A stretch of DNA of 64,000 bases, taken from the NCBI GenBank assembly GCA_963749915.1, contig CAVVOP010000008.1, positions 480,001 to 544,000 of the forward strand, given 5' to 3'. This document shows positions 42,451-52,100 of this stretch, piece after piece. Below the pieces are notes generated by a model. That model ran no database searches and had not been told where the DNA came from. It worked only from the letters and a program-made list of their open reading frames with translations. Every line of letters starts with the position of its first letter. Position 1 is the first letter of the stretch. A program made the position numbers and the translations under genes. Source of the stretch: an uncultured cyanobacterium (GTDB lineage: Bacteria; Cyanobacteriota; Cyanobacteriia; Cyanobacteriales; Cyanobacteriaceae).

Positions 42451-44313
42451 TTAGGAATTTTTAACAAGAGTATTACTGACAAAAATTAAGTGGCGAGGAA
42501 GTCCTACCACAATATCAGATTTCTCAAATGCTTTTTTCAAACGACGCCGGTACTCACGAGCTACAGCCCATTGCTCTAAGGGTTTAGTTTTAAGTAAAAT
42601 GCGAATATTTACTCCTGTATGATCTAGGCGTTCTACTCCTAACATTCGAGGAGAACCTAGCAGCCTATCCTGCCAGAGAGGATCTTCATAAATCTGTTCA
42701 GCTACTTGTTCCATGACGGACATGGCGACTTCTATATCAGTATCGTAGCTGACATCAATGGCAAACTTAACCTGGGACCAGCGACTAGACATATTACGAA
42801 CCCTACTAATAGTTCCGTTAGGAATAGTAATCAGTTCACCTTCTAGGTTGCGCAATTGAGTCATTTGTAAACTTAGATTCTCTACCGAACCCTCGAGATC
42901 TTCAATAGCAATCCAATCCCCTACTGCATACCAATCTTGCCACAGGATGAGGAAACCATTAATTATGTCCTTGATAAAGTTCTGAGCCCCAAGGGAAATT
43001 CCCAAACCAATGACACCAAGAATAACCGTTACCGTATTGGGGAGGGCACCTAACTGACGCAAAATAAAAATTCCTAGAAAAAAATAAGTCAGTAATGTTA
43101 CCAAGCCTTTAAAAGCGGAGGCTAAGGTAGGACCTCGTAGTTGATAGCGTGTAAGAGAAGGAGATTGAGAGGCTTTCCCTTCTAACCATAGTCTAAATAA
43201 AGAGTCAATCAGAATATAACTTCCTTGATTGAATAACCTGAGACCCAGAAAAAGCAATAAAAGCATTAGCGGAACTCCTAAGGTAGCTCTTTGTCCCCAA
43301 TGAGTTAGCCAATCGAGAGGGGCAAAACCATCCCATCCAGTCACTCCTAAAAGCCAGTTGCTGAAGGGACGACTTTGGAAAAAGAGGCTACAGATATAAC
43401 CAAGACCAATAACCCACAACAAGATTTGCCCTCCCAGTAAGATGACTCTCAAGAAGCCATTAATACTATATTTTTGTCGATAGGAGAGTTTTTCGAGTCG
43501 AGCAGTAATTATATCCAAAGCTAACTCTATCGGTTTGGATTTCATCCCTAGGTCAAATTGATTATCATCAATGACTTGACCGAAATTGTTGGGAGTAGAA
43601 ATAAGAGCTTGCAGTTCTCTCATTCTGGCATGGAGGTATTTCTGACCCCAGAAGAAGCTTAAACTCAGTATTATCATGGCCAAGAAAATTTTGAGGGCGA
43701 GTTGGGCCTGACTCCATAAATAATCACTTTGGCGTTCTTTCCAGGCTCTAAGTAACAGTTCTCGACCATATTTGACTGAAGCGTTAGCAAATTTATCTTC
43801 GGACAGTCCGGCTTTTTGAGCATCGGCTTTAGTGACACTAAAAACTGTCTCTGGGGGTGCGTCTCGGGGAAAAGCAATTAAAATAATGAAGGTATCCTGG
43901 GACTTGGACGCAGTTATCTCTAATTGTTCGGCAACTATTTTTTCTAGTTCTTCCGGTTGGGATCTGCCCTGATTCAATTGATAATTTTTACTATACTGAC
44001 TCATCTGTTGGAGAATGCCCTGAAGTTTACGACGAATCAATTCCGCACGAGAAGCCGCATCAGGGATGTTGGGTTCAAGTCCAATTTTTGAGGAGACAAA
44101 GCCTACCACTTTGCCGTCAATAAAAACTGGGGCTAAGTGTAAATTGCCTTCCGTAAAGGTAGGTACATTGAGGAGAAAACTGTCATGGTTACGAGATACA
44201 CTAATGCCAGGCAGAAGCTCTTGGGCTGTTAGATTTGAAGCCCCGATAACAAAGAAAATGAGGGCTAGCAGCCCACTGAAAACACGGGAGACCAAAAAAG
44301 TATTGCGATACAC
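42451..44313 (-). CDS. MscS-family mechanosensitive channel with long N-terminal region
   Basis: GVIGLGISLGAQNFIKDIINGF, YAVGDWI, GELITIPNG, VSYDTDI, QWAVAREYRRRLK. Confidence 0.9.
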   Translation of the reverse strand: MYRNTFLVSRVFSGLLALIFFVIGASNLTAQELLPGISVSRNHDSFLLNVPTFTEGNLHLAPVFIDGKVVGFVSSKIGLEPNIPDAASRAELIRRKLQGILQQMSQYSKNYQLNQGRSQPEELEKIVAEQLEITASKSQDTFIILIAFPRDAPPETVFSVTKADAQKAGLSEDKFANASVKYGRELLLRAWKERQSDYLWSQAQLALKIFLAMIILSLSFFWGQKYLHARMRELQALISTPNNFGQVIDDNQFDLGMKSKPIELALDIITARLEKLSYRQKYSINGFLRVILLGGQILLWVIGLGYICSLFFQSRPFSNWLLGVTGWDGFAPLDWLTHWGQRATLGVPLMLLLLFLGLRLFNQGSYILIDSLFRLWLEGKASQSPSLTRYQLRGPTLASAFKGLVTLLTYFFLGIFILRQLGALPNTVTVILGVIGLGISLGAQNFIKDIINGFLILWQDWYAVGDWIAIEDLEGSVENLSLQMTQLRNLEGELITIPNGTISRVRNMSSRWSQVKFAIDVSYDTDIEVAMSVMEQVAEQIYEDPLWQDRLLGSPRMLGVERLDHTGVNIRILLKTKPLEQWAVAREYRRRLKKAFEKSDIVVGLPRHLIFVSNTLVKNS

Positions 44314-44442
44314 TACTAAAATTTGCTAATTGAGCAAAATTCTGCAATAGTCCAAAAAATAGGAGAATAGAAGATCATATTGTAAGAAATTATAACTCCT
44401 CCGAACTCCAAACCAATTATTAATTGTTAATTGTTAATTGAT

Positions 44443-45219
44443 TTAATACTCTTTTTTTAATTGTTGGCGTAACTGTTCTAATTCATCATCAACAACACTA
44501 GAAGAAGGGCTGGAGGTGGGAATATCAACACTAGGAGGGAGGGAGGTAGTCGCTTGAGGTGTACCTGATAATTGTGCTTTTAACATGGCTAATTCATCGT
44601 CAACAGCAGTGCCTCCTTCTAGTTGAGCCCATTTAGAATCTTCTCCCATTCCGGCTAATTCCCCAGCAGACTGTGAAACGGCTTCCATTTGCAAAACTTT
44701 GTCTTCCATACGCTCGAAAGCAGACATTGCTGAGCTAGTATTGATATTACTAATAGTATTCTGCAATTGTTGATTGGCTTTGGCGGCACTAAGACGGGCT
44801 TTAAGCATATCTTTCTTGGTTTTAGCCTCAGAAATTTTACTTTCCAAAGCGGTGAGATTGCGACGTAAAGAATCGATTTGTCCCACTTGTCCATCTAATT
44901 GAGTTTTTAAAGCAGAGGCAGTCTCGGCATTGGTTTTTTTTCGCACTAGGGCCTCTCTGGCTAAACTTTCTTCTCCCTTACTTAAAGCTAATTGAGCCCT
45001 TTGTTGCCATGTATTAGCTTCAGAAAGATTTTTTTGATATTGTTGTTCTGTGCGTTTTTGAGCGGCTATGGCCTGTGCTACGGCTTGACGCATTTTTATT
45101 AGATCATCACCCATTTCCCGAATACTTTGTTCCAGAACTTTTTCGGGATCTTCGGACTTATCAATTATATCATTAACATTTGCTCGTACTACTCTACTGA
45201 TGCGATCAAAAATTCCCAT
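44443..45219 (-). CDS. vipp1: Vipp1/IM30 (PspA family)
   Basis: MGIFDRISRVVRANVND, EDPEKVLEQ, AFERMEDKV; C-terminal extra helix VDDELEQLRQQL. Confidence 0.92.
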   Translation of the reverse strand: MGIFDRISRVVRANVNDIIDKSEDPEKVLEQSIREMGDDLIKMRQAVAQAIAAQKRTEQQYQKNLSEANTWQQRAQLALSKGEESLAREALVRKKTNAETASALKTQLDGQVGQIDSLRRNLTALESKISEAKTKKDMLKARLSAAKANQQLQNTISNINTSSAMSAFERMEDKVLQMEAVSQSAGELAGMGEDSKWAQLEGGTAVDDELAMLKAQLSGTPQATTSLPPSVDIPTSSPSSSVVDDELEQLRQQLKKEY

Positions 45220-45657
45220 AATGATTTCAACCTTTTGTTCTACTTCTATCTTTATATTACTTTATCACTTTTGACTTTATTCTATTTTAAATCATCATTT
45301 TATCATCTCAATCATTCGAGCTTTTGCCCATAATTAAAAAACTGTCAATAATCGATGGTCACTTTGTTACAAATCTTGATAATAAATGCACTCTTCTCAT
45401 TGTATAAATAGATCTGAACTAGGGGAAGCATCCCTACATTTAAAATTAACCTTAAATTAACTCATCAATTATTGCTAAATAATCGGCCAAAATCCCTGTT
45501 TAGTAAATGTTTGAAGAGTTTATAAGTACAAATGCTTAAAAGTAAAAGATCAATGATTAAACTGTTCTGACCACCGTTTGTCATTGTGTAGCTTATTAAG
45601 TTTTGTTAAGAAAATTAAAACCAAAAAATTAACACACTCATAAAAGGAGACTAATAA

Positions 45658-46527
45658 ATGTCTTTACAACAAAGCGCTAATTTGGGTATTAGCTTTTTTG
45701 AAGAAGCCAACATTATTGAAAGAAAACCCCATGATTCCGACGAAACAATTACACAGATTATTAATGCTGTTTATCGTCAAGTGGTGGGCAATTCCTACAT
45801 TATGGGTAGCGAAAGAGTTGTTAACGCTGAATCTCGCTTCAGAAATGGACAGTTAACCGTTCGTGAACTTGTACGGGAGATCGCCAATTCTGATTTATAC
45901 CGTCAACGCTTTTTTGAACCTTGTCCCCGTTATCGTTTTACTGAACTCAATTTCAAACACTTTTTAGGTCGTACCCCCGAAAATCAGGAGGAGATGAGAT
46001 ACCATAGCGATATCTTGGACACTCTTGGTTATCAAGCTGATATTAATGCTTATATCGATAGCGAAGAATATACCGAAGCCTACGGAGATAATATTGTACC
46101 TTTTTATCGCGGTTATAAAACCAATAATAATCGTACGATGGTAGAATTTACTCATATGTTTGCTATGCTCAGAGGTGCGGCGAGTAGCGATGTCGGCAAA
46201 CGTTTACAATCTCCTGTAATTCATAAGAGCGTCTTAACTCAAACTCCCCTTGCGGTAATTCCCCCTTCTGGTGGTGCGTCAGGCAATGGCTGGGCATTCC
46301 AAGACACTCCTTTGACATCTGCCACCCGTCAAGGTGTAGGGGCTAGTGATGACGGTAAAATTTATAAGGTGGAAGTTACCGGCTATCGTGCGAAGGTGTA
46401 TAATTCTTTTCCAAAATATCGTCGCCCGAATAAAGTTTACATGGTTCCTTTCAATAAGTTATTTGAGCTTTATGTAACTTTACACAAACAGGGTGCAAGT
46501 GTAGCTAGTGTAACCCCCGTTAACTAA
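45658..46527 (+). CDS. cpeC: Phycoerythrin-associated rod linker (CpeC-like)
   Basis: PBS linker domain (AVYRQVVGN, ELNFKHFLGR) plus CpcD-like C-terminus GKIYKVEVTGY...HKQGASVASVTPV; AGGAG SD; next to cpeR. Confidence 0.8.
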   Translation: MSLQQSANLGISFFEEANIIERKPHDSDETITQIINAVYRQVVGNSYIMGSERVVNAESRFRNGQLTVRELVREIANSDLYRQRFFEPCPRYRFTELNFKHFLGRTPENQEEMRYHSDILDTLGYQADINAYIDSEEYTEAYGDNIVPFYRGYKTNNNRTMVEFTHMFAMLRGAASSDVGKRLQSPVIHKSVLTQTPLAVIPPSGGASGNGWAFQDTPLTSATRQGVGASDDGKIYKVEVTGYRAKVYNSFPKYRRPNKVYMVPFNKLFELYVTLHKQGASVASVTPVN

Positions 46528-46537
46528 AATGAACTGA

Positions 46538-46555
46538 AGAGAAGCGAACTTCTCT
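46538..46555 (+). terminator. Hairpin directly after cpeC
   Basis: AGAGAAG-CGAA-CTTCTCT; no clear U-tract. Confidence 0.4.
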
Positions 46556-46772
46556 AAAGATAAGTAACTGAATATTGATGAAGTAATGGAAGTGGTTGAG
46601 TTGTCGGCAAAAAGATTATTGAGCCTGATCTTAAATAGTCATTAACTTTGACCTAAAATTACTCACTGCTTCTGTTACTCCTCCCTCAATGGTATTCCAC
46701 CAGTGGGAGTTAGTATTTAAACTCTAAATATGTAATCCTAACGCAAATGACTCGAAGTTGTTACTGATTGTC

Positions 46773-47102
46773 ATGAGTAATCGCACCCTAACGGTAAAAA
46801 TAACCCCAACTTTAGCCACCAAAAAACTACAAATTTGGATTAAAAGTCGGCATTTAATTTGCTCAGGAAATTTTTTTGTGTTGGAAACGGTAGAATACTC
46901 GATGATTGAGCGTTTTGAGGAGTATATTACCATATTAGGTGGCAGTTTAATTTCCGTTGAATCCGTCAAAAAACTATCTATGGGAAATCATCGTCAAGTC
47001 ATTCTCTACCAAGCTAAAGCTAGTTTACACACTCCTCATCATCAACTCAAAGAGTATTGGCAAAGATACGGTGCTATTTGTAGTAAATTTGACAAAAGAT
47101 AA
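46773..47102 (+). CDS. cpeR: Phycoerythrin gene activator CpeR
   Basis: WIKSRHLICSGNFFVLETVEY, MGNHRQVILYQAKASLHTPHHQLKEYW. Confidence 0.88.
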   Translation: MSNRTLTVKITPTLATKKLQIWIKSRHLICSGNFFVLETVEYSMIERFEEYITILGGSLISVESVKKLSMGNHRQVILYQAKASLHTPHHQLKEYWQRYGAICSKFDKR

Positions 47103-47147
47103 TCTTCACTTTGGATAAAGTTCATTGATAATCTCAACAAATAAAGT

Positions 47148-48017
47148 ATGGGTAAAAGGGCTTTATTATTGATCAATCGTCATTCTCGCAAGGGAGAAAA
47201 ATCATTACCTTCCGCCGTAGAATTTTTTTATGCCCACGATATGGAATTAATTATTAAACCCGTTAAACATGCCGACGAATTAGGTGCGGTAGTCAGAGAA
47301 CACCAAAATCATTTGGATTTAGTAATTGTCGGCGGTGGTGATGGTACTCTCAATGCGGTGGTTGATAGTTTAGTCGAGGCTAATTTACCTTTGGGTATTT
47401 TACCATTGGGTACGGCAAACGATCTCGCGCGGACTTTAAATCTTCCTTTAACCATGAAAGGGGCTTGTGATGTCATTGCTAAGGGTAACTTAAAATCCAT
47501 TGACTTAGGAAGGGTGAATGGCAAATATTTTTTTAATGTCGCTAGTATCGGTTTAAGTGTTGATATTACGGAAAAATTATCCCGTGGCATGAAGCGTCGT
47601 TGGGGGATTTTGGCCTATGGTATCACCGCTTTACAAGTTATTAGCTCTACTAGGCGTTTTCGGGCTACCATAAAAGTGGACGATCACGTTTTTCATGTGA
47701 AAACCATTCAAATTGCGGTCGGTAACGGTAGATATTACGGAGGAGGGCTGGCGATCGCCGAATCTGCCGCTATTGATGATCAAAAATTAGATTTATATAG
47801 CATAGAATTAAAACACTGGTGGCAGATTTTTCCGCTGATTTGGCGTTTACCAAAAGGACATCATCATCAGTTGGATTGGGTTAGAAGTATTGAAGGAAAG
47901 GAAATCGAAATTTACACCCACAAATCCTATAACATTAATACTGACGGTGAAATAACAACTATTTCTCCGGCTAAATTTCAAGTTATTCCCCATGGGTTAA
48001 AAGTATTTGTGCCATAA
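47148..48017 (+). CDS. YegS/DAGK-family lipid kinase
   Basis: GGGDGT, LPLGTANDLAR, GNGRYYGGG, NTDGE. Confidence 0.9.
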   Translation: MGKRALLLINRHSRKGEKSLPSAVEFFYAHDMELIIKPVKHADELGAVVREHQNHLDLVIVGGGDGTLNAVVDSLVEANLPLGILPLGTANDLARTLNLPLTMKGACDVIAKGNLKSIDLGRVNGKYFFNVASIGLSVDITEKLSRGMKRRWGILAYGITALQVISSTRRFRATIKVDDHVFHVKTIQIAVGNGRYYGGGLAIAESAAIDDQKLDLYSIELKHWWQIFPLIWRLPKGHHHQLDWVRSIEGKEIEIYTHKSYNINTDGEITTISPAKFQVIPHGLKVFVP

Positions 48018-48084
48018 ATAACTGACAATTCTATCCCTTATGGTTGTCTGTTGGAAGCTTTTCCCATAAAGATTTTAACCATTA

Positions 48085-49104
48085 TTAGAATTGAGACAAA
48101 TCCCAAATTTTGACTATTTTATCTTCAGCACCACTATAAAGAGTTTTACCATCGGGACTAAAAGCAATAGATTGAACCCATCCTTTATGTCCTTCCAATT
48201 TAACTAATTCTTTACCGTTAGCAAGATCTATAATTGTGATTTTTCCATCTCTGTTGGCAGTGGCGACCAAACGGTTAGCAGAAGAAACCGCTACTTGATT
48301 CAGTTCTAATTGGGATGCTTTCACACTAAACTTTTCTTTGTTGGTACTTAGATCCCAAACTTTGACAAAATTTCTCACAGCACCTACTAATTCTTTGCCA
48401 TCAGGTGTAAAAGCAAGACTATTGATAAAACCAGGTTGTTGTGGTGAGGTATTTAGTAATTGAAAGTTTTCTCCATCCCAAAATTTAATGGTGCGATCTG
48501 TTCCAATTGCCCCGGTAACAAAGAATTTCCCATCGGGATTAAATGCTACCGTTGTTACAGGCCCAATATCTTCACCAATTTCTTGAATAGGGCTTCCGTT
48601 CTCTAAATCCCAAATCTTAATTGTCCAATCTTCACCACTAACACTCACTAGGATGCGATTATCAGGGCTAATCGCTAAATCACTTATATTGCCAGTATGT
48701 TTACTTAAAGTTTTAACTCTTTCTCCGGTTTCAGTATTAAAAATAATAACTTGCTGTTTACTCGCAACTGCAAATAGTTTTCCATCAGAACTAAAGGCAA
48801 TGCCAGAATAAGGATTAGCCCTCAAAGGTTCTGAATATTTTTGTTCTAAAGTTTGTAAATCTATGTTCGTAACTCTACCGTCATTTGAAGCCACTATCAA
48901 AGTTTGCCCATCTGGGCTAACTTTCAAACTCACAATCACCCCGTTGAATCCCTTGATATCTTGTACTTTAATCGGTAGGAGTGACTGGGCGATTATACTT
49001 CCTCGAGTGTCCTGTGCCAAAGTATTCAATAAATGCAAGGGATCGGTAAATATTCCGATTAAGGCAGTACCAGTTAATATCGTAATGATAGTTTTATTAA
49101 ACAT
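48085..49104 (-). CDS. Exported WD40-repeat protein
   Basis: Hydrophobic N-terminus and about seven repeats (AFSPDG...IKIWD). Confidence 0.9.
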   Translation of the reverse strand: MFNKTIITILTGTALIGIFTDPLHLLNTLAQDTRGSIIAQSLLPIKVQDIKGFNGVIVSLKVSPDGQTLIVASNDGRVTNIDLQTLEQKYSEPLRANPYSGIAFSSDGKLFAVASKQQVIIFNTETGERVKTLSKHTGNISDLAISPDNRILVSVSGEDWTIKIWDLENGSPIQEIGEDIGPVTTVAFNPDGKFFVTGAIGTDRTIKFWDGENFQLLNTSPQQPGFINSLAFTPDGKELVGAVRNFVKVWDLSTNKEKFSVKASQLELNQVAVSSANRLVATANRDGKITIIDLANGKELVKLEGHKGWVQSIAFSPDGKTLYSGAEDKIVKIWDLSQF

Positions 49105-49180
49105 TTTTCTCTCTTAATATTGGAGTTTATTGTCCAATTTTACAGGCGATCGCTCAATAAGACAACAATGTTTAGAATGT

Positions 49181-52100
49181 TTAAACTAACTCAGACTTCG
49201 TGACATTTCCTTTTTGTCGGATATTATTTCTTTTTGTCCATCGAGAAATCCAATGGATGAACGGTGAGTTAATAGTCGGACAACTAATACCACTGCTGTC
49301 TAATCCCACGGTAGTATTGTGACAATCAAATATTTTGCTACCTACTAACCATATTTCTAAACGGGTTAAATACGACTCGCCAATGGATTCGGTCAGGACT
49401 GGAGCAAGGGTGTTCAAAGCATTCTGGTGGTTCCTGAGAATCGTTTTTTTCCACTCCTCATAGCTAACCTGCTTAATGGAATTGGAATGCCCAAAAGAGT
49501 TGAGCAGAGCGACAATGTTATCGAGAGGCATAGGTTGAGGATTGACTAAGTGAAAAGCCTTGCCGAGGGAGACTGGTTGACGAGAGAGATAGACGATCGC
49601 CTTGCTGACGTAATCCACAGGAGTCAGATCGAGCATCACATCTAGATCGGGGGCACTTTTGAGTTCAATCAAACTTCTCAGAAAACGACACATCAAGTCT
49701 TCAGGATTAGAGATTCCCGTTTGCGAATGTCCCGTTACCATGCCAGGTCGATAAATACAAATTGGTAGTCCTTTAATACCCGCAGATGTTACCAACTGCT
49801 CTGCTACCCATTTACTTTGAGCATAGCCCCCCGTAATCCCACTTCCTTGGACAGGCAAGGCTTTCTCATGAATAATCTCTACTCCAGTAGCTACTAGGGA
49901 TTCAAAAACATCTAAGGTAGAAATATAATGCAGTGGTTTGAGTTTAGTCCTGCTCGCAAGCTCTAATGCTGATTGTGTTCCCCCAACATTAACAGCTTTT
50001 AAACTTTGATAGGGATAGAGCAAATTAGTATTTGCCCCAATGTGATAGATGACATCTATCATAGCTGCGAGTCGATTAAATTTCTCTTCTGAGAGGGCGA
50101 ATAGAGGATGGGACAAATCCCCAAGAACAGGAAAAATTCGGGACTTGGGTAGTTGAAAACCAGGCAGATATCGCTCAAATGTTCCCTGAAGTTTTTGGTG
50201 TGCCAGTTCTGGTGTTTGGGCACGGATTAAACAATATATATTAGCTTGAGTCTGTTGTAAAAGTTCAGCCAAAACAAACGCTCCAATGAATCCTGTTGTT
50301 CCCGTTAAAAAAATTGATTCTGGTTGAGTCCAACAACTGACATCAGGAGTGGGAATAGATGCTGGCAGGGTGATCTCTACATTAGCTTCAGACTGTAACT
50401 GTTCCAAGGTCATTCCCTCGCCGAAGGCGGACCGAAGGGGTTCGCTGGAACTGGGAGTATCCGAATGCCCTATTTGTTTGACCAAGCCAATGATCGTAGG
50501 ATTGCTGAAAAAATCGTTAAAGGATAAAATGTTGGGATAAATGTCCTCGATTTGCGAGAGTAACTGCATAAGGCGTAACGAATCACCACCCAATTCAAAA
50601 AAGTTATCATTGACACCAATATCATTGATCTCAAGCACTTTAGACCAAATGTCTGCAAGTTCTTGTTCTAAAGGCGTTTTTGGTGCAACAAATGGGACAT
50701 CTAAAGCGACCCTGGTAAAATAAGGTTTCGGTAAGGCACGACGATCGACCTTGCCATTGGGTGTGACGGGAAAAGCGTCTAAGAAGACAAATGCTGAAGG
50801 CAACATATAGCTAGGTAGCTGCTGCTTCAAATAGGTGCGAAGTTCCCCCGATAGATGGCGAGTAACCCTAATCTGTAGGGGATGATTGTAATAGCCAGAA
50901 GGGGATTTTGGCTCTATTTTTTGGGGCAATTGTCCTCTAAGCCCGGAAGATTGCCCTCTGGGTATGGCCGATTTGTGCTCAAACAAGACGGTGTAAGCTC
51001 CATCCTTTCGGGAACCCATCCAACTCAGGGTCACCCTATAGGGCATGTCTTGAACAAGTTGCCACAGGTCTTCAGGGTTTACACTTTGATGGAGATCGAT
51101 GTTAGCCAGACATCGCCTTAAAACTCCAGTACTGTGAGGACAATTAGGCCCATTCAGTAATTCCAAGGCTTTGACAGCCCCGAATACTCGTGCATTTGGC
51201 ACCCCAACAACCCCTAACGCAAGAGGGTTATCATCTTGAAGCCGTTGCCGCACTTTAGCAAGGGTAAGATTCTGTTCCTGCCAGTCTAACCAAGAAATCT
51301 GTACGGGGGGAGCAGGAGTAGCTCCTACTTGCAAGATTACGTCATAGCGAAATTGAGTTAGCTCATTCTGGAACTTGCCACGCTTTACTAAAACTTGCAC
51401 CTGACTAATTTGAGGCAAGGCTTGCGGCAGTGCCCAGAAGAAATCGGGAGCGATGGTCAGTTCTTCTTCCCGATGAACGCGATAATGGATCTGTTTTAAG
51501 AGTTCTTCCGTTGCTAGCTCATCCGCTGCCTGACTTAGCTCTACCGCAGTAGCGAATACTTCTAGTAGACTATAATTACGAATATCTCCGATAAAGATAA
51601 AACCACCAGGTTCGACGACCTGGATGCACTGTTCCAGCACCCTGAAAAGGTAGTTGATGCTGGGAAAATACTGAATTACTGAATTCAAAATTACAGTGTC
51701 CACGGAATGAGGTTGTATCCCCTGAAAATTATCTGCTATACGTCGCTCAAGGGTTACTTGAGGAAGATCTAGGGATGGGTCTTCTAGTTGCTGTTCCAGG
51801 TACTGTAATGCGACTTGAGAAAAGTCTGTGCCTAAATAGCTTGAGCAGTGGGGGGCGATGCGAAAGAGTATCAAACCAGTGCCGCACCCAATTTCTAGAA
51901 CTCGTTGGGGTTGTAGTTCTAAAATTCGTGGGATGGTGTTGTCAACCCATTCTTCCATCTCCACATCGCCGATAAGCTCTTTTGTATAACTGCTAATCCA
52001 GCCACTGATATTAAAGGTTTTATCCCAGTTGCTCTTAACAGTGTTTAAGCGGATATCATTATGAATAAGTCGCCATTGATTAATTTGCTCTGCATCGAAT

